Below, in pieces: positions 27,155-38,454 of a stretch of 64,000 bases of DNA. Source of the stretch: Macrostomum lignano (taxonomy: Eukaryota). Position 1 is the first letter of the stretch. Each line of letters begins with the position of its first letter. Made by a program: the position numbers and the translations under genes. Where the stretch lies: positions 62,001 through 126,000 of the forward strand of contig NIVC01002579.1 of the NCBI GenBank assembly GCA_002269645.1, read 5' to 3'. The notes under the pieces are model-generated. The model ran no database searches. It was not told where the DNA came from and saw nothing but the letters and a program-made list of their open reading frames with translations.

Positions 27155-28443
27155 ATGTCAGTGTACGAGAGGCTGAGCAGCGACAAGAAGAGTCCGCCAG
27201 AATCCAGGAAGCATCGACGACAGCTTCAGTTTGGCAGGTGCGATTTGGCAGTGGCGCTATCATCTAGGGTGCAGGTGGTGCAGCATCGGCTTTGCAGATT
27301 GCTGGGTTAAGGATGGAGTTCCGATAGGGTCATAGCTTGGGTTGGGCCCGAGTTGAGTTTGGGAGCGTTAAATACTCGTAGTTTGGTTAGGATTATGTAG
27401 AACAGCAAATCAACTTATTAAGTAGATTGTTGTCTCAGTATTGTGCTTGGAGCGTTAGATAGTTGGGTCAGTGTTGTGCTTAGAGCGTTAGATAGTTGGG
27501 TCAGTGTTGTGCTTAGAGTGTTAGATAGTTGGGTCAGTGTTGTGCTTAGAGCGTTAGATAGTTGGGTCAGTGTTGTGCTTAGAGCGTTAGATAGTTGGGT
27601 CAGTGTTGTGCTTAGAGCGTTAGATAGTTGGGTCAGTGTTGTGCTTAGAGCGTTAGATAGTTGGGTCAGTGTTGTGCTTAGAGCGTTAGATAGTTGGGTC
27701 AGTGTTGTGCTTAGAGTGTTAGATAGTTGGGTCAGTGTTGTGCTTAGAGCGTTAGATAGTTGGGTCAGTGTTGTGCTTAGAGCGTTAGATAGTTGGGTCA
27801 GTGTTGTGCTTAGAGCGTTAGATAGTTGGGTCAGTGTTGTGCTTAGAGCGTTAGATAGTTGGGTCAGTGTTGTGCTTAGAGCGCCTGAAATTTATGGATT
27901 CTGGCGCCACAATTTGCTGTGAATACTTTCACATGCTTCAATGATCACAGCTTATATGCAGCTGCACTAAATTATGTCAAAATCGTCCGATAGCCTGCAT
28001 GTAAATTTCACAGGTACGACTATCATGTAGAAGATGAGTCATCATCTCAGGACCAGCAGCAGCAGCAGCAGCAAAAGCGTTCAGCAGCCGATGTTGACGC
28101 CATAGTTCAGCGCCTACGCCAGGACGTTCGTCGAAATGACAACCAGCAGCAGCCAAAGCACAGCCACCGGACAGTGAGCGAAGCCGAGGCTCGAGAGATT
28201 TTCAACCGGCTGCAGCAGTGCGACTTCAGCCGCTGGCCCGTGGAGTCGCGGGTCGGTCGACACGAGCTGGGACAGAATCGCTACGATTTCTATCGGGGCT
28301 CGAACGGTGGCAGTCAGGGAAAGCCGGGCGTCACCAAAGCAGAGCTCGAGACAATTATAAGCCGGCTGAGCGCCTACGATGTGGCCAAAACCCCGCCGAA
28401 TTCCCGGGCATTGGAGATAAAGCAGTCGAAAGCGGCACCCTAG
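27155..28443 (+). CDS. Orphan ~170-aa protein with repeated IxxRL helical motifs; exons 27155-27237 and 28014-28443
   Basis: MSVYERLSSDKKSPPESRKHRRQLQFG, donor AG|GTGCGA phase 2, acceptor TTTCACAG|G at 28013 restores the frame of the 28174 track ORF. Total 513 nt = 171 codons including stop. Confidence 0.7.
27437..27882. repeat. 33-bp minisatellite, ~13 copies, inside the intron of the 170-aa gene
   Basis: Unit GCGTTAGATAGTTGGGTCAGTGTTGTGCTTAGA; 11-aa periodic ORF 27443-27922. Confidence 0.95.
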
Positions 28444-29118
28444 GACTTGGACTTAATCCATATGGCGTTTTGAGAAAATTAACATGCAAATGTACATGTT
28501 TGCAGCCGTTTTTAATTATTTACGCGCGTATAACTTTGCATCTGCGTCCAATTAAGCCTGAGCAACATTCCGACGTCCGTCGACGTTTACCCGAAGTCGG
28601 ATTGCTGTACGGGCGGCTCTACAGTAGTATTTATATCTTTCCCTACGCCTAATAGATGAAAAGCGGCTGAATGAACTAAAGTATAACCTGTAGATGAATT
28701 ACATTATAAGAAATTTGACGAATCATGACGAACAACTTGATTTTCAATTTAATTTCAAATAAATTAGCTCGAGCCCTCCTCCTCGATTCCAATAGGCCGT
28801 ATGAATAAAATGAGCAATTGCTCAGACTCGCACAAAATCTCAAGTCAGTATGAAAAAACGGAGCAGTGACTTCCGAGCAACAGCTCATGAGTTTTGACTT
28901 GAAAGTTGTTGCTCCGAGTGTCAGCGAAAAAATCCGGGGCTGAGCAAACTCTCCGGTCTGTATGAATAAACTCGGGCCATAGACAATCTTTTCTGAGCTG
29001 CAACTCACAAAATGTTGAGGCAGCCCTCTGCCTGCCTCAGCCATCTATACTCTACTGGTTGCTGTAACTAACGCTTTCTAGTTGCTGATGTTCTTTGACT
29101 GAGTTCTTTGGCAGTATG

Positions 29119-29319
29119 GCTGAGTTCTTTGCTGCACGTGCTCCCGCTCGACGGAAGTTTTATCCGGAGCGCCGATCTTCCGACTTGACTAGAGACACGG
29201 AGTATGGTCGACTCTACCGATTTTCTCGCACCAACGTGCAGTATCTGGCCACGCGCTTTCTGAACGGCAGCACAGAGACAAGAGGCGGTGCGCTGATGCC
29301 GGCTACATTCGTGATTTGA
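29119..29319 (+). pseudogene. Truncated PIF/Harbinger-like transposase N-terminal fragment
   Basis: DTEYGRLYRFSRTNVQYLATRFLNGSTETRGGALMP resembles the N-terminal region of Harbinger/HARBI1-type transposases; it stops before any DDE domain. Recognised from memory, not searched. Confidence 0.45.
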
Positions 29320-31293
29320 TGCACAGACTTAACCGATTATAAAGAAGCCACAAGGGGAAAACAGAAAGAAGGATTCTGCATAAAACACAAAGCATATACT
29401 CGTAGCATACTCTTAGAAAACAACATTTGTCTATGGTTTAAAGTATCGCAATATTGGAGTTACAGCTCTGAGACCAAAAGTCTGAACTCTGACTAGGAGT
29501 CCCAACTTTATTCATACTGACCTTGAGCAGATGCTCCGACTCGGAGCAAAATCTCAGACCTGAGCAGTAGCTCAGTCTCAGCGTTTAAGCTTGAACTCGC
29601 AAGGTATTGCTCATTTTATTCATACGACCTAATATAGCAATTGTATGTGAACTATATTTACACACTGGCTATGCTCTCACAGTCAAGTAATTGTTGAATA
29701 AATAAATGATACTGAATAAATGATATTGTCGTGGACATGCAGTGCCCTCGCTCAGTCTTGACTAAACGGCGTTCTACATATGTATGTGTACATTTGTACG
29801 TACATAATTGTACACGTACCACATGCAACTTCAATTCCATTCATTGAATGATCTGCAGTTGAGCTCCTCAACTGTATCTATTCTGGAAATTTTGAAATGT
29901 CTCATCGTATAGGAAGTCAAATAAAAAAATTAACATTGTCGAACATTTGCTATAGCCTAGTCACTTTCGCTAGCTCACAACTTTAACAATAAACAACTAT
30001 ATATGACGATTGGAAATTTCGAAATTTCAGGCTTTTGAAGCTCAAGCTTATGAATTTGCTGTCTTCGACAATGTGAAATTTCTATAGTATGCGAAAGCGA
30101 CCCCATGGGCACGTCGAGAATTTTATTTATGGTGGAACCATTTGAAGTATAATATATGATCATTGATCAGATTAAAGCCAATTAATTCACTGTAACACAA
30201 AGGACGACTTCATTCGCATATACGAGCTACATTTTATTTTATGTATATGTTACTTGATGCATGGAAAATATCTTTGATGCATGCATAGCTAAATGTAGAA
30301 TTGCTCTCAAGAGCTCTTTGAAGGTATTATTCTTAAAAAATATTTTGTCCTGCACTAACAGAAATTTTTTTATAAATATGTATTTTTCTAGTAACAATAG
30401 TAACTAATTGACTGCTATCTTTATTTTTCCTTTCTAAATTTTAATAAAATTAAACTAAACTAAATTTGTTTTAATCACAGTGCACGTGCATTATTTTAAA
30501 AATACACCTTGGGCCTTTTCATATTGCTTGCTCTGGTTCCAGAACCAGAGCCAATTTGTAAAGTATAACTTTTTGTCTCCATAACTAGAGGGAGATACGT
30601 GCTATAAAGTTTTTATTATTGAATGACAATCGCCAAGAAGAAAGTGAAAAATTGTGCGAAGTTAGGTTGTTAAGGCAGTCAAATATTAACAGAGTTTAAT
30701 AGTTATACTGCTGTTTTTCTTGGAATTCCGAACCGATTCTGGTTCTGGAATTGGTAATATGAAAAGGCCCCTTGTCAAGTAGTTTACAGGAATCAACGAG
30801 CCTATAGCACTTGGGTGTATAGTGACTGGGACTTGTTGGTTACATTTTTTCGAACTGACGTTTAGAAGTAAACCCAGGAAATCTGAAGCTTTCCATTTTA
30901 CAATTACATTTATTAGCTTATAAATTGCTTTAGTAAATGTTGCATCTTCAGCATTATCATTGCTATGAAAAATCAACTCAACTGTTGCCTTTGACTTAAT
31001 TGGCTTAAATAATTTTCTCAAACCTTTTTTCAGTACACCCTATGGCTTACATTTAAAAAATATATGGTGGCTAAAGTTTTACAAAAATTTATAAATCAAC
31101 AAAGAAATGAAAATGAAAATGAAAATAGAAACAAATGAAAAGAAATAGCACAGTTATGCCTACAAATTATTTATTATTTTGTTGATATGGGCATAATTGT
31201 ATTGTAGGGCCTATCCTATATGCTAAGAATGAGTTGTATCTATCTAATTTGGTTAAGTATATATGTAATTGACTCCAGAAAAATAGCTCAACC

Positions 31294-31845
31294 AATTTTC
31301 ATGAAGGCAATGCTTATCCACATAGCACAGTATTTGTCTTATTCCAACAGTACTGTGGGAATAATTTTCTGCATATCTGCATGGCACACTGACAAGATAG
31401 CTACCCTATCTTCTACATATGCCATGGGAATAATTTTCTGCTTATCCGCATGGCACACTGACGAGATAACTGCCATATTTTCTACATATATAATGCTATT
31501 AATGTGAATAGTTTATAGCTTTTTGAAAGGGAATTTGAATTGAGGATACTAAGAAGCTATTGATCTAGATCAACACCACGACTAGCATTTTTTGCATAAA
31601 AGGCCATTAAATCTTTATTTCTATTAAACAAATTGTCAAACAAAGTTATGTTGTTATACTGCACTCAAACCGTAAGTACTAAACTAAATTATTCCCACAG
31701 CATATCCGCATATGTAGAAGATGGGACAGCTATCTCGTCAGTGTGCCATGCAGATAAGCAGAAAATTATTCTCACAGTACTGTTGGAATAAGATAGAAAT
31801 TATTCCTACGGTACCATAGGGATAAGCACTGCCTTTCATGAAATT
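31294..31845. repeat. Imperfect inverted repeat with ~140-160-bp arms (foldback/MITE-like)
   Basis: 31294-~31430 (TTCCAACAGTACTGTGGGAATAATTTTCTGC...GCATGGCACACTGAC) is the reverse complement of ~31686-31845; the left arm also has a partial tandem copy to ~31490. Confidence 0.75.
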
Positions 31846-31907
31846 GATTAGACCCTCAATTTAGCCAATAAGGCTTGGCTTATATATTAAAAGCCTGTTG
31901 TGATATA

Positions 31908-33596
31908 GGGTAATTCCACGAGATGACGGTCGTTGGGTTGGAGAAAATATTAATCAGTAATCATACAAAAGACAAACTAAATTGAGACTTTGTGAGTTCT
32001 ATATTTATGGGCGTGACCTCTAGATTAAGATGAGATACATTTTAAAGTCATTTGTCTTACTGTGTTGATTTAGCAGAGAGAAACTTTTGATGACGGTTGT
32101 TTTTGGTGAAAGTTTATGTATCTAACTTTATAACTTAAGTTTAAGATTCCTGCGAATCAGGCAAGTTTTTGTCTCAATTGATCATTAATTGTAGTAAACA
32201 ATAGCTAGATGAATGGTTACAAACAATTATTACATTTTAGTAGATAACTTTAACTGTGTTGCACATTTTTTCTTAAATGACGGTCGTTGACTGACGGTCG
32301 TTTGTTTCAAAAAAACGACCTTCAGTTTTAAAAAGTGTATTAGGATTCTCTATTTTTAGATACAATCTTGGTTAAAAGATTGTTTATAATCCATAGTTGT
32401 TCATATAAAAACTATAACTTGCTTGTCTAACCATAAAATTTATTATACCTGTTTCACATTTCAGATCAAATGTACTTATGCACCTTCAACAAAAACATCA
32501 CTTCATGATTGCACAACTCAACATATGATCATAAAGATGGACAGTCCTAATCTATTCAAGAATTCAAAGAATAGAATATAACAATTAACAAAACCAAAGG
32601 CAAATACAGATTATTTGTTAGGCAATAAGCAGTAGCACCAATGGATAGTAAAAACTTGAGTCTAGTTAGACTACTTATGCTGAAGATTGGGGCATGTGTT
32701 AAGGTGCATTGCAAACTAAAGTGGAGAGTTCTAGGTGCATGGTTAGTAATTGGAACAACCTTTTTAATAGTGCAGGTTGAAAATGATTTTAAGGTATCAA
32801 ACAAGTAATTGACAGTATACATTTTTAATAAAAGACTTGAATTCCACTATATTTTTCTTTACAATCAAAACTGTAAAAACTTTGAAAGAGAAATTGAATA
32901 AGTAATTCACATTAAAAAATACATGATTTTAGAATATCAGTAAATTCAGTTTTTTGTATAAAATTTAGGAATAAATGATAGTAATTCAGGTTTTATGAAG
33001 ATCAACAAATTTCAGAATACCAGAAAATGATGGTTGTTAGGTAACTTTGCAGGGTTTTTTTAGCATGTTACACTTATCATAAACTAACAAAAATGACTAT
33101 AAACTTAAATATAGGCTCAGAAAATATTTTAGCAAAAAATTATCAACTTATAAACCTCTTGAAAATTAGTACAACAACTTTTTGTAAAAAAAAAATGATG
33201 GTCGTTTTTAACACTTAAAAAAGGGAAGTCAAACTTTTTGAAATAAAAAATTATGATAGATAGAACTATATTAGATCATAAAATTTTATAATTTCAGTCT
33301 TTAGATATAAGAAAGAAAGATTTTTATTATTTATGCACTTGATGCATTATGTTGATTAACTTTTTTTCTTATTGAAAACTAGATTAAACTTTTTATAATG
33401 TCCCGCGGGACATTTAAAATCTTGTAAGGGTACCATGATCAAAACAAAATATATATACCTAGAGGTAGATAAATGTGTATGAAACTACATAAAAATGAAA
33501 CTATACATAATTATATGCAAAATGAAAAATTCACATTTGCAAATAATTTTTTAAAAAAATTTCTATACCTTTGATGACCCTATCATGGAATAACCC
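31908..33596. mobile_element. Non-autonomous TIR DNA transposon with 4-bp TSD (TATA); Sola-like termini
   Basis: TIRs GGGTAATTCCACGA / TCATGGAATAACCC (12/14 match); TATA at 31904-31907 and 33597-33600; repeated internal ATGACGGTCGTT motifs; no transposase ORF. Superfamily is inferred. Confidence 0.7.
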
Positions 33597-33602
33597 TATA
33601 AT

Positions 33603-35236
33603 CAGTGCTGGGCATTAACTAGTTAATTGTTTAACTAGTTAATTAACTAGTTAAATTTTTTAAAAAATCGTTAAATTTTCGTTAAATTTTTTATGTATTA
33701 ACTAGTTAACAAAAATCATTAATTTTTTTCTGTAAGTTAAAGTTAAATGACAAAAGTTAATAATTCCGGGAAATGTAGTTCCCCGGGTTCAAAATCCGCG
33801 GGTTTCAACAGCTTGTATGCCATTAAAAAGTAAAATTAATACATACATAAAATAACTTTGCCTTTCTAAGCATTATTTAATGCGTCACAAACTATTACAT
33901 GTATATATTTCAGTTACAAGTTATAATGTATAGAATATTCCGGAAGATTCTGGAATCTTCAACTATTATCTATTGATATTCTACCCAAGGACTACTAGAA
34001 GTTATCGTTGTACATAGGGATGTCGATTCCCCAGGGAATTTTCTTATTGGGGACCTGGGGAATTTACTGTCATTCCCTGGGAACCCCGGGGAAAAAAATA
34101 AGTAAAAAACGGCCGATAACTTAGATCTTTATAAGTCACAAAGTGGCATTTTTTAAACTTTGATTAAAGCTTTGGATGGACTACATATTCAAGGCGCAAG
34201 GGTAAAAACTTTAAGCAATGTTTGTTTAAAACTGTATTTGACAACATGGCATCACCAAATCGTGTCCGCACCTTTATCAGAAAGGGTCCAGACTCCAGAG
34301 GCAGAAAATGCATACTCAGCAGCTGCACTCGTGAGAGGATAATTAATGAATGAGACTGTTTTTATAATTGGAATTTTAATTTCTTGCAGATACATGTAAA
34401 TCACCATTTTGTCTGTCTAATACGGAGTATTTTGTGATTGTATGACACCCCCCTATGCGTCAGTGACTGACACAGGATATGGCGCTGTGTCTGCGTCAAA
34501 TGTGTCAAGCCATCAACGTAGACCAACACAATAGTCAGTAAGGCTTCTTTTTCCTGACAGGTTTCTATGCTCGTACATTCAATTTGCTTGATTGAAAGAC
34601 TCATAGTGAAAAAAAAACATTCAAACGGGTCGCTAATTTCATAAGACCGAAATTTCACAACGCCAAAAATTCTGCATGCAATACAATCCTTATTGTAAAG
34701 TTTTCTACAATGTGAAATTTTGGTCTTATGAAGTTTCAGTCTTGTGAAGTATGGTGTTTCGGCGTTGTGAAATTTGGGTCTTATGAACCCCCCCATTCAA
34801 ATTTGTGTTGTGTTTGAAATAATACATTAAAATAAGCAGTTTTATGGTAAAAAAGCATAGACAGAGTTTCAATCAGCTTTCTGTGAATATTTTCTTATTT
34901 AAATGGCAAAAATTTAGTTAAAAATGCTTTTTTTCTCCCCAGGGTCCCCGGTCTAATTCCCAGGGGAGTATTCCCTGACAAGCTCCCCAGTGCGCCGCGA
35001 CCTGGCCACAGCCGCGCCGCACCAACCTGAAATTTAAAAAACACACCGAACACATGTCCATGAAAATGTCACTTTTTCTGTTAGGGAATTATTAACTTTA
35101 ACTTTTAACTTTTCAGAAGTTAAAGTTTGGGCAAAAGTTAAATAATTAACTAGTTACAATTAATTATTTTGGAGCAATTAAATTAACTTTTTAACTTTTA
35201 ACGAGTTAAAAAAATTGATAAACTTGCCTAGCACTG
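33603..35236. mobile_element. Non-autonomous hAT-type element with 8-bp TSD GATATAAT
   Basis: TIRs CAGTGCTGGGCA / TGCCTAGCACTG (11/12); subterminal TAACTAGTTAA and AAGTTAA repeats; right TSD at 35237-35244; left TSD split by the 31908-33596 element. Confidence 0.8.
34638..34787. repeat. Small hairpin/MITE-like element nested in the hAT element
   Basis: 27-bp arms TTCATAAGACCGAAATTTCACAACGCC (34638-34664) and GGCGTTGTGAAATTTGGGTCTTATGAA (34761-34787), one mismatch. Confidence 0.7.
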
Positions 35237-35578
35237 GATATAATCTTTATTAGAATTCAGTCAGTCAGTTTTTTCTCTAGCATTTTTACAATTCACTTCA
35301 AGTCAAAATGTCTGTTTGACATATATAAAAAGGCATGTTTTTATATTTAATCCTTTTAGCAATGAGCAATAAGCAATTTCTTAGCCAAGAGATGTGTATT
35401 ATTATTATTATGACTATTGATGGTGACTCTGATTATCACAGTGAATAAGCTAAAGATGGCATCACTTATGGCTATGTCTTGCACAATTCAACCAAAAAGA
35501 TGCCTCCCCTACCACCACTCCTGCATACATTTATATTTATGCTAGCTGGTTGAGCCCTGGGGTATTGCTATACTAGGC

Positions 35579-36441
35579 TAGGGATTCCAAAATCCCGACA
35601 ATTTACAATCCCAGGATTGAAAAATCTTGAAATCCCAATGGTTTAAAATCCTGGGATCACTAATCCCAGAAAATCCCGACTGAGAGTAATCCCGGGATCC
35701 CGCTTCAAAGTTAAAAAAAATCCTAGGATCCCGGGATCCCAATATCAAATGTATTGAAACATCTGTATCCAGCTTCCACCACAACCACAAAGTATAATTA
35801 TGATATTTATAATGATAGCTAATGGTCCAAACTGGTATATTTATACAATAAACTTCTCTTTGCTTAGTTATTGTACAAGTAAAAATAGAAAATTGTTTAA
35901 TAATAATAAATAATATTTATCCATAAAAGATAATTGATAATAATTGATTACAACAATAATAACTTGCTTTAATATAGGTTATATAGCTAGCTAAGCTATG
36001 CAATATCAATGTAAATTATCAAAGTGAATGTCATGTTTAATGCCACATTACAGTGTTAGACATCAGGCAACTGAGCCTGAGGAACATGTGAAATTAAATT
36101 ACACCTTACAAAAACAAAAAAAAATTAAATTTCTGCTTAACAAACTGCTCTAACAAATTTTGCTACTTTTTATGTATGATTTTGATACAGACATGCAGGC
36201 TGCAGTAGTATTATTTCATATTTTTAAAGTAGAACCTTTTTTTCAAATTTTACACAATTAGTTGAAAAAAAGAGAATTAAAATCAGTTTGAATCCCAAAA
36301 CAATCCCGGGATCCCAATCCTGCACTATTGTAATCCCAACCCAAGGATCATAAATCCTTAAATTTCAAGTCCCAAAAAATCCCAGGATTGAAATCCCATG
36401 TTTTGAGGCTAAATCCCGGGATCCCGTAATTGGAATGCCTA
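35579..36441. mobile_element. Non-autonomous hAT-type element with ATCCC(G)GGAT subterminal repeats
   Basis: TIRs TAGGGATTCCAA / TTGGAATGCCTA (11/12); flanking 8-mers TACTAGGC and CACCAGGC (6/8, a decayed TSD). Confidence 0.7.
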
Positions 36442-37082
36442 CACCAGGCCCAGCTAGCCAAAATTACAATTGTCTTATAAAAGTTACAAAGTCAGGGTTG
36501 CAATTGGAAGGGGGAAAGAATACAAACCGATTGGCTGGACCACCAGCCAATCACAGGGCGAGCGAAGGGGCACACTGGAGCTGCAGCCAGCCAAAGCCAG
36601 CTGGCCTAACAGACAGTGGGGTGGGTGCAACTGGAGGGGGGTTGACACAGACAGAATGGGGGGGGTTGACGCAGACAGAATGGGGGGGTTGACACAAACA
36701 GAATGGGGGTGGTTTCGTGCAGGCATGCGGCCGGGAGGGGTGGAAGTGCAGTGCCTGACACACTTGACTGAGAGCCAGAGATTGCTCATTGGTGCAAGTG
36801 CACCTGGGCACAACACTACAGAATGTGACAACAACTACCATATTTCCGTAGTCGTAGTTGTAAGAGCAGCTATCTACCATAGGCATATCTGTAGTGTTGC
36901 CGTAGACACCTACCTATTTTTACCATATTTGCTGTAAGATCCTGTAGCCGTAGCCCATCTAGCCGTAGCTACAATGGAACACTAGTAATAATATTGTATA
37001 GAATAGTAGTTCTGTGTACTTTAATTTACTTTAATACTTTAATAAAACAATTATTAATGAGAAATTTTGACTCAATGGATTC

Positions 37083-37685
37083 ATGCCTGCCACCACAGAC
37101 AAGTCCAAGCTGCCGTCTGCGCCTGCGGCAGATGCTGATGATGTCAGCCGAAAACGGCGCCGAATTAACAGCAAAAAGCATAGTAGTGAGAGCAGCAATA
37201 ACAACAACCCTAGCAACGGATCTGGCGTCCATAGCAACGGTCTAGTAACCGGCTTGGATATCAACAGGCCCGACGAACCTGGCGGGTCCAAGTTCGCATT
37301 CGCCTTTGACTTCGGCGAGGACGATCTGGATTTGGACGCCGAAATTGTCGAATCTGCCGATGTTGAATTTCCCCAAACTGGCGGTCGGCTTGGAGAGGAG
37401 GAGGACAACGACGGGACAGCGGCGGCGACCGGTTGGCAGCGTCAGCTGCAGCGACCTCCGGCAGCCTCCAATGCCGAGTTCCATCCTCTGCGTGCCGGGG
37501 TGCAGCTCGGCCTGGACTTCTTCGCCGCCCGGCCCAAGCTGGACGATGACGGCGAGTTTCTGGACGCCTGGCGTCAGGATCGGGACTTCATCAAGGCCGA
37601 TGTGGCGCGCGCCGCCAAGCGGGCCGCCTCCGCGAAAAAGTTGACTGGGGCGTCGGGAGGGCCCAAATCTGGGCTAAAGGGATGA
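37083..37685 (+). CDS. Hypothetical 200-aa protein, probably nuclear; C-terminus weakly reminiscent of the NOL8 C-terminal motif
   Basis: GC-rich ORF with RKRRR NLS-like motif, acidic middle and C-terminal FF...W...R...K..A pattern. It may be the last exon of a longer gene. Confidence 0.6.
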   Translation: MPATTDKSKLPSAPAADADDVSRKRRRINSKKHSSESSNNNNPSNGSGVHSNGLVTGLDINRPDEPGGSKFAFAFDFGEDDLDLDAEIVESADVEFPQTGGRLGEEEDNDGTAAATGWQRQLQRPPAASNAEFHPLRAGVQLGLDFFAARPKLDDDGEFLDAWRQDRDFIKADVARAAKRAASAKKLTGASGGPKSGLKG

Positions 37686-37721
37686 GCCTTGCTTCAGGGG
37701 ATTGGTGGTTACCCCACCCCA

Positions 37722-38170
37722 TCCTCCATCTGGCCGCTACCCCACCCCATCCTCCATCTGGCCGCTACCCTATCCCTGATGCTCCATCTGGCTGCTACCC
37801 TATCCCTGATGCTCTATCTGGCTGCTACCCTATCCCTGATGCTCCATCTGGCCGCTACCCCATCCCTGATCCTCCATCTGGCCGCTACCCTATCCCTGAT
37901 CCTCCATCTGGCCGCTACCCTATCTCTGATGCTCCATCTGGCCGCTACCCTATCCCTGATGCTCCATCTGGCTGCTACCCTATCCCTGATGCTCCATCTG
38001 GCTGCTACCCCATCCCTGATCCTCCATCTGGCTGCTACCCCATCCCTGATCCTCCATCTGGCCGCTACCCCATCCCCGATGCTCCATCTGGCCGCTACCC
38101 CATCCCCGATGCTCCATCTGGCCGCTACCCCATCCCTGATGCTCCATCTGGCTGCTACCCCATCCCTGAT
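37722..38170. repeat. 30-bp minisatellite, ~15 copies, just after the 37685 stop
   Basis: Unit CATCCCTGATGCTCCATCTGGCCGCTACCC variants. Confidence 0.93.
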
Positions 38171-38454
38171 TCTTCAAGGGATATATTTTATGCTGTATCT
38201 CCCATCAAACTTTATGCTTACAGTTTGTACTGTCATTGAGAATTAGTGTGTGTGTGTGTATATATTGCACGTATGCAAATGCAAAACTGATCATTAATCA
38301 TGTTGAAATATACACGCTGATATTCAAAGCTAAACGCTATGAGACGGCATTTTTTGCATTTGATAACAGAAATATTAAAATGATTTCGATTTTTTTCATT
38401 TGAAATATTCAACTAATTATATCTACTCCTGGATAGCCCTGACCCTTTGAACCA

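Noticed and set aside
34016-34990. A further nested element with TAGGGATG... and CCCC/GGGG-rich ends inside the hAT element
   Set aside because: The ends are only loosely inverted and no TSD could be defined, so it is not called separately.
28676-36937. Short ORFs in the AT-rich block (e.g. 28676-29044, 30686-31021, 32556-32822, 34401-34796, 36470-36937) as genes or transposases
   Set aside because: No recognisable domains or coding-like composition; most lie within non-autonomous transposon or repeat sequence.
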